Below, one piece after another: positions 1-8,260 of a stretch of 32,000 bases of DNA (position 1 is its first letter; the number at the start of each line of letters is the position of its first letter). This stretch comes from an uncultured bacterium. Its GTDB lineage: Bacteria; UBP14; UBA6098. A program made the translations under genes and the position numbers. Below the pieces are notes generated by a model that ran no database searches, was not told the DNA's origin, and worked only from the letters and a program-made list of their open reading frames with translations. The DNA lies in contig CAZSHG010000002.1 of NCBI GenBank assembly GCA_964606695.1, positions 102,507 through 134,506 of the forward strand, read 5' to 3'.

Positions 1-431
1 TTATCGACGCCGTATTGCACGATGTTGTAGAGTATCCCGCTGAAATTAACCGGGTGTCCGTGCGTTAAGTGACCGCCGTGGGAGAGATTAAGGCCGAGTA
101 TCGTGTCCCCCGGTTCCAATTCGGTGAAATAGACCGCCATATTCGCCTGCGAACCGCTATGTGGCTGGACATTGGCGTGTTCCGCGCCGAAAACCTCGCA
201 TGCTCTGTCGCGGGCGATGTTTTCCGCGATGTCAACGCAATCACAACCGCCGTAATAGCGACGTCCGGGGTAGCCTTCGGCGTATTTGTTTGTCATCACA
301 CAACCCGTGGCTTCCATAACCGCGCGAGACGCGTAATTCTCGCTGGCAATCAGCTCCAATCCGTCCTGCTGACGTTTCAACTCGCATATTACCGAGTCGT
401 AAACTTCATTGTCTTTCTTCAGATATTCCAT
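1..431 (-). CDS. glyA: Serine hydroxymethyltransferase, N-terminal part (runs off the left edge)
   Basis: Manual minus-strand translation from ATG at 431: [62 protein letters not shown]..., typical SHMT N-terminus; GGGAGG RBS immediately upstream. Confidence 0.95.
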   Translation of the reverse strand, partial: MEYLKKDNEVYDSVICELKRQQDGLELIASENYASRAVMEATGCVMTNKYAEGYPGRRYYGGCDCVDIAENIARDRACEVFGAEHANVQPHSGSQANMAVYFTELEPGDTILGLNLSHGGHLTHGHPVNFSGILYNIVQYGVD

Positions 432-448
432 TCTATCCTCCCTTTAAC

Positions 449-904
449 TTATTGATTTCCTTCGATTTGCGCTATTTCATTCACCCTTCTCCGATGGCGT
501 TCCCGGCCGGGTTTATCGCCGTCGAAATCGGTGGAAAGAAATATCCTGACGGCCTCCAGAGCGGTTTCTTCATCGATATATTCCTGTCCGAAACATATCA
601 CGTTGGCATTATTGTGCCTGCGAGCCATCTCCGCGCGTTCGATGTCGCAAACCAGCGCCGCCCGAATACCTCTCACCTTGTTCGCGGAAATCGACACCCC
701 GATACCAGAAGAGCAAATTGCTATGCCGAATCGGCACTCTTCGATAGCAACCGCTTCCCCAACCCTTGCCGCATGTATGGGATAATCCGCCGATTCCTCG
801 CTCTCCGTGCCGTAATCGATGATATCGTAATACGCTGAAAGCTCCCGTTTGAGGAACTCCTTGAGCTTAAATCCGCCGTGATCGCTACCTATCGCTATTT
901 TCAT
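449..904 (-). CDS. rpiB: Ribose-5-phosphate isomerase B (RpiB/LacAB family)
   Basis: MKIAIGSDHGGFKLKEFL...DYGTESEESADYPIHAARVGEAV...GIAICSSGIGVSISANKVRGIRAALV...ARRHNNANVICFG; hallmark SDHGG, DYP and GTGxG-like SGIG motifs. Confidence 0.95.
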   Translation of the reverse strand: MKIAIGSDHGGFKLKEFLKRELSAYYDIIDYGTESEESADYPIHAARVGEAVAIEECRFGIAICSSGIGVSISANKVRGIRAALVCDIERAEMARRHNNANVICFGQEYIDEETALEAVRIFLSTDFDGDKPGRERHRRRVNEIAQIEGNQ

Positions 905-1087
905 CGCAAATCCTATTTAATTCAATTTCAAACCTATCAATAATATAAGTTACTAAATAAACCCATTGAAAAGGCGAATGTCAAGAAGTTATTAGAGAAT
1001 ATACGGGGACGTGGATAGATACGCGGGAAAAATAGGATTCGACCCCGATTTTGTCGGACGGGAAATCGACGCCAATACTTCCGTAGA

Positions 1088-1106
1088 GGAGGGTTTCAAA
1101 CCCTCC
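1088..1106 (-). terminator. Hairpin just 3' of the lipoprotein gene (no clear U-tract)
   Basis: Inverted repeat GGAGGGTTT-C-AAACCCTCC, about 25 nt beyond the stop codon of the 1131..2462 gene. Confidence 0.4.
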
Positions 1107-1130
1107 CCCACGATTACAATACCAGACGAT

Positions 1131-2462
1131 TTATCGCACGAACGTATAGAACGTAGTGTCGTCGCCCGCGGTTACCAGAGATATACGATATTCCGTGCCG
1201 TTCACCAGACCATCCGGCGAACCCGCCATCGGCACCGTTTGTGTCGCGCCGGACGGCACAGTGCCGTAAGTTACCGGAGTCGAAAAACCGACCGCGCTGA
1301 CTATATTCCATTTAGGGATAATAACGCCTATCGCGCCGACATTGAGCGCGTAAGCCTGTTCGCTCGACGGCGTCCACGATATCGACGGGAACTCGCCTGA
1401 CCCGACCGAAATCTCGACATCCACGACCTCCTCGAACTCGACGTTAACGGTATCCGCGATTCCTTCCGAAGAAGCCACAACTATAGCCGTTCCAGGGGAT
1501 GTTGAAGAAGTGAGGGTAGTCATCGCTACGCCGTCTGTCGTCGTAGAATATGGAGGATCAATCGACCCGAGGCTCGTCGAAAAATCGACACGGGTGCCGT
1601 TGGGAACCGCCATTCCAAAAGAGTCTGTAACCGTCGCAGTTAGTGTCGATGAACTCGAACCGTCCGCCGGTATTTCCATCGGGGCGGCATAAAGGTATAT
1701 CGAACCCGGCGACGTGCTCCCCGACTCGTTCAGCGTGATCGCGTCGCAGGCGTAAACCTGAACCACGAAACTCCCCGTCGCATGCAAATCGCCGGTGAAC
1801 CACCAGACATCCGTCAGAGGGCAAACATCGATCCACAGCGCGCCCTCCAGACTCTCGGTAGCCGAACCGGGGATAGTATGGCTGTTGCTCGAACCGTGCA
1901 CGACCGCGTAATAATCCCACTCCTCCGAATCCACCTCGTCGTCCGCCATGATTTCAATACTGTCCGGAGTGCCGCCGGTGTAGTTCCACGTTACCGTAAC
2001 CGGATCGCCCGGTGTCCAGCTGGAACCGTCCGTAGGCGAGGTTACCTCCAGCCCCCAGGTTTCGCTCACCGTGAGGTTGCAGGTCGAACTGAGCGAACCC
2101 AGCGTAACGACCACAGTGTAATCCTTGTCCGGCTCGAAACCGATGTTATTCTTCACGAAAATAGCGTCCTCGACACTCCCGGTCAACATCGGCACCGAAT
2201 CGCCGTTGAGTGTAACCGTAACCTCGTTTGCTCCGGTGGTAAGCGAAGTATCCAGACGGCTGACTTCGAGCTGGAAAGAGCCGTCCGTATAGAATAAATC
2301 CCCGATATTACCGGACAGGAGATAATCCCCGATTCCGGTCGGATCTCCGTTGCCATTGCCGTTGCCGTTATTGTCGTCGTCGCCGTTGGTGCCGCAATCG
2401 CACGCGGACACAACGATGAACGCCAGAACCGCAATAGCCGCAATCACCCTGATAACACGCAT
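1131..2462 (-). CDS. Secreted lipoprotein with bacterial Ig-like (Big_1-like) domain
   Basis: Signal peptide with lipobox-like VSAC (MRVIRVIAAIAVLAFIVVSACDCG), low-complexity GNGNGNG linker, Ig-like segment SSSSTLTATVTDSFGMAVPNGTRVDFSTSLGSI. Confidence 0.75.
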   Translation of the reverse strand: MRVIRVIAAIAVLAFIVVSACDCGTNGDDDNNGNGNGNGDPTGIGDYLLSGNIGDLFYTDGSFQLEVSRLDTSLTTGANEVTVTLNGDSVPMLTGSVEDAIFVKNNIGFEPDKDYTVVVTLGSLSSTCNLTVSETWGLEVTSPTDGSSWTPGDPVTVTWNYTGGTPDSIEIMADDEVDSEEWDYYAVVHGSSNSHTIPGSATESLEGALWIDVCPLTDVWWFTGDLHATGSFVVQVYACDAITLNESGSTSPGSIYLYAAPMEIPADGSSSSTLTATVTDSFGMAVPNGTRVDFSTSLGSIDPPYSTTTDGVAMTTLTSSTSPGTAIVVASSEGIADTVNVEFEEVVDVEISVGSGEFPSISWTPSSEQAYALNVGAIGVIIPKWNIVSAVGFSTPVTYGTVPSGATQTVPMAGSPDGLVNGTEYRISLVTAGDDTTFYTFVR

Positions 2463-2951
2463 CTCTACCTCCCTGATTTAGAACGTCAAACTCGTCCCCT
2501 AATTATAACCTGAGTTCCCGCGTTCAACAAGCGAAAAGAATCCCGCGCGGAAATTCATCCCACGGCTAATTTTGCTTGACTCGATCGAGTCCGCTATTAT
2601 AGTTAGAATTAGATTTAATATGGGAAAATTGAATCACAGGAATTTTACATCGAACCATTCGCCGACGTCTCCCGTCCGGGCGGCGGAGAAATAATTTTTA
2701 AACCTTGACAATTTGAGATTAGCAACCGATATTGTTAATTACAATACAACATGAAGGTTTAAATACTACACGGCTGGGACAGCCGCAAACACTGCGGGCG
2801 GCCAACGCTACCCCCCCCCGAATTACGCAACCTAATTATATATTAATATCTTACATCGCACACATACGAAACCTCGACCCCTCGTTACCGAACGACGAAA
2901 AGAAAAACGGGGTTTTGTTTGGAATAAAACCAAAACCCTAAGGAGGGCAAA

Positions 2952-3257
2952 GTGAAAAAAGTGTTACTTTGTTTGTTGTTCACCGTCGTTGCTGTTTGCG
3001 GCGCGACTATCTTCGGCCCGGCGACATACACGAGAACCACCGGTGCGCCGAATGTTTATGATACGACATTCGCGGCCTATGACACGAGAGGTTGCAAAGT
3101 CTATGAGAAAAAGCTCGGCGACTTAGGAAACGGACAGCATCAATATGTCTGGAACGGCAAAAACGAAAACGGAATATCGCTTTCATCGGGGCTATACTTC
3201 GTGAAAATAGGCAACGAAACTCAAAGTAAAACTCATAAAGTCCTGCTACTGAAGTAA
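2952..3257 (+). CDS. Short secreted protein made of a signal peptide plus T9SS/FlgD-like C-terminal domain
   Basis: GTG start with AGGAGGG RBS; MKKVLLCLLFTVVAVCG...YDTRGCKVYEKKLGDLGNGQHQYVWNGKNENGISLSSGLYFVKIGNETQSKTHKVLLLK. Confidence 0.7.
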   Translation: MKKVLLCLLFTVVAVCGATIFGPATYTRTTGAPNVYDTTFAAYDTRGCKVYEKKLGDLGNGQHQYVWNGKNENGISLSSGLYFVKIGNETQSKTHKVLLLK

Positions 3258-3269
3258 CTTGACAAACAA

Positions 3270-3302
3270 CTCCTCCTATCGTATTTTTTTACGTAGGAGG
3301 AG
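3270..3302 (+). promoter_or_regulatory. Hairpin overlapping the Shine-Dalgarno of the 487-aa gene
   Basis: CTCCTCCTA-t-CGTA TTTTTT TACG-TAGGAGGAG; the 3' arm is the RBS, 6 nt before ATG 3309. Confidence 0.6.
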
Positions 3303-3308
3303 AAAATA

Positions 3309-4772
3309 ATGAGATTACGATATTACATACTCATTCTTGCTCTAGTGACGGGCGGTCTTTTTGCCGAAAGACCGGTAATCGAACTGCTTGAACCTCAATC
3401 TCTATCTCCGACTGAATATGGACCCATTGAATACGTCGATGATTCCGGCTATGTCGTAATTAGAAAATGGGACTCCTGCAATTGCACCTCGGATATTTTC
3501 CAGACAATCCAATTACGTATCCGCGATGCCGACGGTATCGATTGGACTACGCTTCAAGTTGAGGTTCTTACTTTCGGAGGTGCTATAAACACAGTATGGT
3601 GGGACTCTCATCCATTTTATTATTTTCTTCCGGGCAGTCTCGATGTTACTATAGATTCAGTAGCGGTAGAAGAATTAATTTGGGCATCACAACAAGATTA
3701 CTCGATTGAAATTGATTCATCGGGTTCAGACACGATAGGCTATGTTACCGTCACCCCTTTGGGACGTGGAATTCGCCCCGCTTTTTTCTGTCATGATAGC
3801 TGTAATTTTGGGGCGCACTATTTTGGGCCTTGTTGTATAAATATCGGCGATGTTATTTCACCAGGTTTCGGTCATACTGCGGCTCCCTTATGGGAATTCC
3901 CGACACATATTTCAATTGGAATTATGGATTTAGTCGGAGATGGAACAAGTCAAGGTTTTTATTTCTGCGTCGATTACAGCGGGCCGTCGGCATCGACTCC
4001 CCGGCCCGCGGACGGCGCAATGGTCGATACGCTTCATCCGATAATCGGAATCACAATTCTCGATACGATATGGGTTCGGCACAGCGCTTATCCAAATCCG
4101 ATAGACCCATATTTCCCCCATTGCCCTTGCTACGACTCCCTTTGCACGGATAGCACCGGCGCGCCGCTCGAATTCCCCTATTGCGGCGATAAGTTCATAG
4201 AATGGAACACAGTCGATACTGCTTCGATTCGGCTTTCCGTAAATGGTGCGGTCTATTCACTCGATTCACCCGGCATGTCATGGTTCGACGACTCGCTGCT
4301 TCTTTTCGACACCGGCGAGGCGGGGTTGTCATTTTCCGACGGCGACACCGTGCGTGTTTGCCTCGAAGAGGCCACCGACCGCGTCTCGCAAGGCCACGGC
4401 CCGAACCATCTCGGCAGGCACGCTGACTGGACACATCCTGACACTCCGGTTCCGTTCTGCTGGGAGTTTTATGTAAATACAGTCGGTATCGAGGAGACTG
4501 GATTGCCACGTTATTCGGGCATTACATCCGTCCACCCGAATCCCTTCAATTCCGGTTTGAATATAAAATACTCGCTTGCCGAGAAAAGCCGTGTCCAAAT
4601 CAATGTTTACGATATTCTCGGCAGGGTGATTGCGAACATTATCGATGAAACCGACCAAATCGGCGATTATGAGATTTATTGGGATGCTTCCGAAAAACCG
4701 GGTGGAATTTACTTTATTCGCGCGAAAATCGGCGATGAATCAATTACGAAACGGGTGGTTTACCTGAAATAG
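3309..4772 (+). CDS. Secreted protein with C-terminal T9SS type A-like sorting domain
   Basis: Signal peptide MRLRYYILILALVTGGLFA; C-terminus SVHPNPFNSGLNIKYSLAEKSRVQINVYDILGRVIANI...GIYFIRAKIGDESITKRVVYLK; GGAGGAG RBS. Confidence 0.85.
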   Translation: MRLRYYILILALVTGGLFAERPVIELLEPQSLSPTEYGPIEYVDDSGYVVIRKWDSCNCTSDIFQTIQLRIRDADGIDWTTLQVEVLTFGGAINTVWWDSHPFYYFLPGSLDVTIDSVAVEELIWASQQDYSIEIDSSGSDTIGYVTVTPLGRGIRPAFFCHDSCNFGAHYFGPCCINIGDVISPGFGHTAAPLWEFPTHISIGIMDLVGDGTSQGFYFCVDYSGPSASTPRPADGAMVDTLHPIIGITILDTIWVRHSAYPNPIDPYFPHCPCYDSLCTDSTGAPLEFPYCGDKFIEWNTVDTASIRLSVNGAVYSLDSPGMSWFDDSLLLFDTGEAGLSFSDGDTVRVCLEEATDRVSQGHGPNHLGRHADWTHPDTPVPFCWEFYVNTVGIEETGLPRYSGITSVHPNPFNSGLNIKYSLAEKSRVQINVYDILGRVIANIIDETDQIGDYEIYWDASEKPGGIYFIRAKIGDESITKRVVYLK

Positions 4773-4902
4773 AACTCAAAATACGGGCGGGGCAAACGTC
4801 TCGCCCGGAACGAAATAGGACGAAATTTGGGCGGAAATGCCCAGAAATGATGAAAACGATGGAGAAAATAGGGAAAATGGCTGGATTTGGTGAAATAATA
4901 GG

Positions 4903-5091
4903 GGTTTTTGGCGTCCGGGGGCGAAATTGGGCGTCCGAGGCTCTAAATTCGAGGCCCGAGAGGCAATATTCCGCGTCCGAGAAGGGAAATTGGACGTCCG
5001 AGAGGCAATATTGGACATCCGAGAGGGTAAATTGGACGTCCGAGAGGCAATATTCCACGTCCGAGACTCGAAATTCACCGTCCGGGAATGG
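4903..5091. repeat. Degenerate 21-bp tandem repeat (about 8-9 units) alternating AAATT and ATATT sub-types (42-bp higher-order unit)
   Basis: Unit core AAATT/ATATT anchors at 4924, 4945, 4966, 4987, 5008, 5029, 5050, 5071, exactly 21 nt apart; consensus approximately (AA/AT)ATTGGACGTCCGAGAGG(C/G)(A/T). Confidence 0.9.
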
Positions 5092-5489
5092 CCGTTCGCG
5101 GTCGGAGAACCTAAATCGAATCAACAAGGAGGGCTATCATGCCCGAAAAAACAAGAGATCCGCAAAAAAAACTTTACCACAACGCTTTTTCTCTTCTCGT
5201 CGCATAGCTCCAGTGTTTGCAACTGTAAGGCTGTGCGACGGGATTGGCCGCGAAGCTTGGCTTCGATAATGGGAGACGAAGCGAAGCTTCTAATGCAAGG
5301 ATAAGATTTCTCTTCGAGCAAAGCTCTCATCGAAATGACAGGATAGGAAAATTCCACTTCTAACGACTAACAGCCAACGACGAACGCCGCACCGTGGGGC
5401 GACGAACGCCGCTGGCGCGACGTTTGTATCGTAGGGAAATGACCAAAATTAGAGAGTAATGTAGCAAACGGCGTGACAGCGGCGTTTTT

Positions 5490-5563
5490 CCGCTGGCGCA
5501 GTTCTTGCCTGCGGGAAATTATCGGAAATGTGGATGAAATATTCGCAAGAACTGTGACAGCGG
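5490..5563. repeat. Imperfect 19-bp inverted repeat (17/19) with 36-nt spacer
   Basis: CCGCTGGCGCAGTTCTTGC (5490-5508) / GCAAGAACTGTGACAGCGG (5545-5563). Confidence 0.6.
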
Positions 5564-5596
5564 TTGCGCGGTGCGGTTTATCGATCAGGAAATTTT

Positions 5597-5911
5597 TTAC
5601 GGCGCGGGGCGGGGTTTGATTCCCGGGCTTTCGGGGTCGCTGTGTTTGACCACGAAGAAATAGACGATACTACCGACTGGCACTAGAAGAATCACCAGAA
5701 TCCAGACGACCTGTTCCGAACTCTCCGGTGCAAACCGTTTGCGCGCGACATCGATTATCATCATGATCTTGAAAATAAGGAAAAAGATGCTTATCGCAAT
5801 CGCCGATGCCCAGATTATGAAATAAATCATACCGACCATACCGCAACATCCCACCCCCATTAATTCTCCGACCGCTTCGGAACTCTGAGATTGAGTTAAT
5901 ATCGGGATCAT
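5597..5911 (-). CDS. Small membrane protein, PLDc_N-like (phospholipase D-nuclease N-terminal-type) domain
   Basis: Two hydrophobic segments: ...FFLIFKIMMIIDVARKRFAPESSEQVVWILVILLVPVGSIVYFFVVKH, typical of PLDc_N proteins. Confidence 0.7.
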   Translation of the reverse strand: MIPILTQSQSSEAVGELMGVGCCGMVGMIYFIIWASAIAISIFFLIFKIMMIIDVARKRFAPESSEQVVWILVILLVPVGSIVYFFVVKHSDPESPGIKPRPAP

Positions 5912-6672
5912 TTCAACATCACCGCTTTCGTCGCGGGAATACCGCCGTTGAGGGGTTTAATATAATATGTTCCGGACGGACAATCTCTGCCGTTTCTCGA
6001 CCTGCCGTCCCAGTAAATTTCGTCCTCATCAGGATCGATGACATCGACCAGCCTGCCGGAAATGTCGAATATGCCTATTTCACCGGATTCGGGCGGAATT
6101 TCAATTCGACAGGTCGCGTTGAATGGATTGGGATGGACACGAAATCCGGATCGATCAGGCAAAGTAATTTCCTCCCAGATATTCGATACCGGCGCACCTA
6201 CCACGATTATCCTCCCGCCAAAAACGTTTATTCCAATCGAATCGATCGTTCTCATATCGAACCACTCATCGACGAAATAAACCGGCAGAGAATCGAGGTT
6301 GAAAGCGCCGATCAAGAATTCGCCGGAATCGGGAATTTCGGATGAATCCCAGGTCAGCGAGAAACCGTAACCACCGCTGAGCATAACATCCCAGATAATT
6401 GTATCCTGCGACGGTGCGCGATAATCCGTCCCGAGCATGGTATAACCGGGGTGTGTGCTGTCGTCGATCGGGAAATAGCCGTATGCGCCGGGAGTCGGCA
6501 GGTAGGGAATATCTATCAGTATATCGAAACCGTCAGTCGCTGAGGAATCGACACCGAAAGTCAACATATTGCCGTCCGATAAAGTGAAAACCTCGACATC
6601 GACCTGCCATCTGAAAAAGGCAAACGTCGTAAGGGCCAGAAGTATAATAATTATCGTAACCTTCAATCGCAT
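5908..6672 (-). CDS. Secreted protein with C-terminal T9SS type A-like sorting domain
   Basis: Signal MRLKVTIIIILLALTTFAFF; C-terminus FRVHPNPFNATCRIEIPPESGEIGIFDISGRLVDVI...GTYYIKPLNGGIPATKAVMLK; 4-nt overlap with the next gene. Confidence 0.8.
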   Translation of the reverse strand: MRLKVTIIIILLALTTFAFFRWQVDVEVFTLSDGNMLTFGVDSSATDGFDILIDIPYLPTPGAYGYFPIDDSTHPGYTMLGTDYRAPSQDTIIWDVMLSGGYGFSLTWDSSEIPDSGEFLIGAFNLDSLPVYFVDEWFDMRTIDSIGINVFGGRIIVVGAPVSNIWEEITLPDRSGFRVHPNPFNATCRIEIPPESGEIGIFDISGRLVDVIDPDEDEIYWDGRSRNGRDCPSGTYYIKPLNGGIPATKAVMLK

Positions 6673-6750
6673 ATCGAAATAAAGTTAAACCAAATCCTTT
6701 TATAGTCAAGAGTAAAGCGTGGCATCGAGCACGAAAAATCAAAATTAAAT

Positions 6751-6779
6751 TTGACATACGACTTTAATATTCGTAAATT
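6751..6779 (+). promoter_or_regulatory. Sigma70-type promoter TTGACA-N17-TAAATT
   Basis: -35 TTGACA at 6751-6756, -10 TAAATT at 6774-6779, upstream of ATG 6817. Confidence 0.55.
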
Positions 6780-6816
6780 AAAAGTGGTAAATAATACCAA
6801 ACGAAGGAATAACATA

Positions 6817-8205
6817 ATGAAATACAAAGCTTTAGCGTTACTGACAATCGTAATCCTTGCCGGCACAATCGTCGGTCAGATTGAAAGAACCGTGTTCATT
6901 TTCGACGGTGCTGGAGGATTGTCGGCCAGATTCGAGAACCCTGATTTACCGGGGGATACAATTCGCCCGTGGGAGGCCTGGGCCGCGGCGATAGATACTA
7001 TCAACGCCCACCGAGCATATTACAACATGCGCGACACGATTACTTGGACGGTCGATTACGATTTCCCGACGGCGATTAATTCAGATATATTTATCTTAAC
7101 GCTCGGCTGGGAGGGAACCGGCGCAGAGGTTTTATCGCCGGCCCAGCAGGAATTGCTTATCGCTTTGCTCGACAGCACCGACAGAACGCCCGAGAAACAA
7201 ACCGCCCTATTTATCGAGGGCAACGATTTCGCTGAACTTTATTGCGATACTTCGACCGGGCTTTATGCTGGAACCTTCGCGGATTACACCGGCACGATTT
7301 TGCTCGATGGCAATGCCGGCTCCGTTTCAACTCTGGTCGGGGAAGACAGTTCGCTCGCGGAGGGGATGTCCTTTGCCTATCGCGTAACTACAGGCGGGCC
7401 ATGCACGGATATGGACGATATCGTCGTGAACGATACGCTATGGGATTCTCATCATCTGAAATATCTTTTCAATGCATCCACAAGAAATCCGGCGCGTGGT
7501 TTACAGCGCAGAAGCTATTCCCCGGGCGCAGTCGTTACCCTGCCGTTCCAATACGGCAATATCCCTCGTGGCGGGGGCACGTTGAATTCGAAAGAGGAAT
7601 TGCTGGTTCGCATGTTCGATTTCGCGATAATGCCTCTGGTATCGATAGAAAGCGATTTGCCCTCGGAGACTCTCTGGGTGGACACGGTTTATACGTTAGA
7701 ATATCAGGCTTATGACAACCGTTGCGTGAAGAACCTGATTTACGAATACTCCAGCGATGGCGGCTCGAGCTGGATTGTCCTCAATGAGATAGCCACCCCG
7801 GAACTGGACACGGTGTCGTCACTGGATTTCAGCATTCCACCGTCAACGGGAGACGATTGCTATCTGAGACTTATCGTAACCGACTCGACCTATAATTACA
7901 CCGCGGACACCAGCGAGAGTTTCGTGGTGATGAATTTTGGAATCGACGAAGGTTCGACCATGCCCGACTCGCCGCATTTACGTTCCTATCCGAATCCGTT
8001 CAACGCGCAACTCACTTTCGACGTTATAGTCGATAAGGCTACGGAAATCGAAATCTACGACCTGACAGGGAGGATTGTCGCAGAATTGCCCGTCTCTCCT
8101 GCCAGGAGCACAGTCAGGTGGACACCTGAGAATCATCCGACCGGATTGTATCTTGCGAGAATTAACGGAACCGGAGAGTCGGTTAAAGCGGTCTATCTGC
8201 GATAA
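6817..8205 (+). CDS. Secreted multi-domain protein with C-terminal T9SS type A-like sorting domain
   Basis: MKYKALALLTIVILAGTIVGQ signal peptide (track ORF starts upstream at TTG 6751; ATG 6817 preferred); C-terminus SYPNPFNAQLTFDVIVDKATEIEIYDLTGRIVAEL...GLYLARINGTGESVKAVYLR. Confidence 0.85.
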   Translation: MKYKALALLTIVILAGTIVGQIERTVFIFDGAGGLSARFENPDLPGDTIRPWEAWAAAIDTINAHRAYYNMRDTITWTVDYDFPTAINSDIFILTLGWEGTGAEVLSPAQQELLIALLDSTDRTPEKQTALFIEGNDFAELYCDTSTGLYAGTFADYTGTILLDGNAGSVSTLVGEDSSLAEGMSFAYRVTTGGPCTDMDDIVVNDTLWDSHHLKYLFNASTRNPARGLQRRSYSPGAVVTLPFQYGNIPRGGGTLNSKEELLVRMFDFAIMPLVSIESDLPSETLWVDTVYTLEYQAYDNRCVKNLIYEYSSDGGSSWIVLNEIATPELDTVSSLDFSIPPSTGDDCYLRLIVTDSTYNYTADTSESFVVMNFGIDEGSTMPDSPHLRSYPNPFNAQLTFDVIVDKATEIEIYDLTGRIVAELPVSPARSTVRWTPENHPTGLYLARINGTGESVKAVYLR

Positions 8206-8230
8206 TATCAGTTTAGAGATAAGATAATTC

Positions 8231-8260
8231 AGGGCGGGGTTTTCCCGCCCTTTTTATTTT
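8231..8260 (+). terminator. Intrinsic terminator
   Basis: AGGGCGGG-GTTTT-CCCGCCCT followed by TTTTATTTT, 25 nt after stop of the 6817..8205 gene. Confidence 0.9.

Noticed and set aside
69-455. 128-aa plus-strand ORF at the left edge
   Set aside because: Antisense shadow of glyA, whose minus-strand translation is unambiguous.
452-838. 128-aa ORF antisense to rpiB
   Set aside because: Entirely opposite a strongly conserved rpiB reading frame; no recognisable family.
1011-1400. 129-aa ORF and similar ORFs opposite the lipoprotein gene
   Set aside because: Overlap a coherent signal-peptide plus Ig-domain gene; compositionally biased shadow frames.
4903-5091. CRISPR array
   Set aside because: The repeat is contiguous at 21 bp without unique spacers and there are no cas genes.
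4744-5127. 127-aa minus-strand ORF with LSDVQYC heptad repeats
   Set aside because: Weak TTG start and no good RBS; openness is explained by the 21-bp period being divisible by 3. Kept only as a hypothesis in the repeat finding.
4847-5304. Plus-strand ORFs of 140 and 125 aa through the same repeat
   Set aside because: Same explanation: multiple frames open over a 21-bp repeat; no recognisable domain.
6751-6816. 22-codon N-terminal extension of the 484-aa ORF from TTG 6751
   Set aside because: The 'TTG' is part of a TTGACA -35 box; a proper signal peptide starts at ATG 6817.
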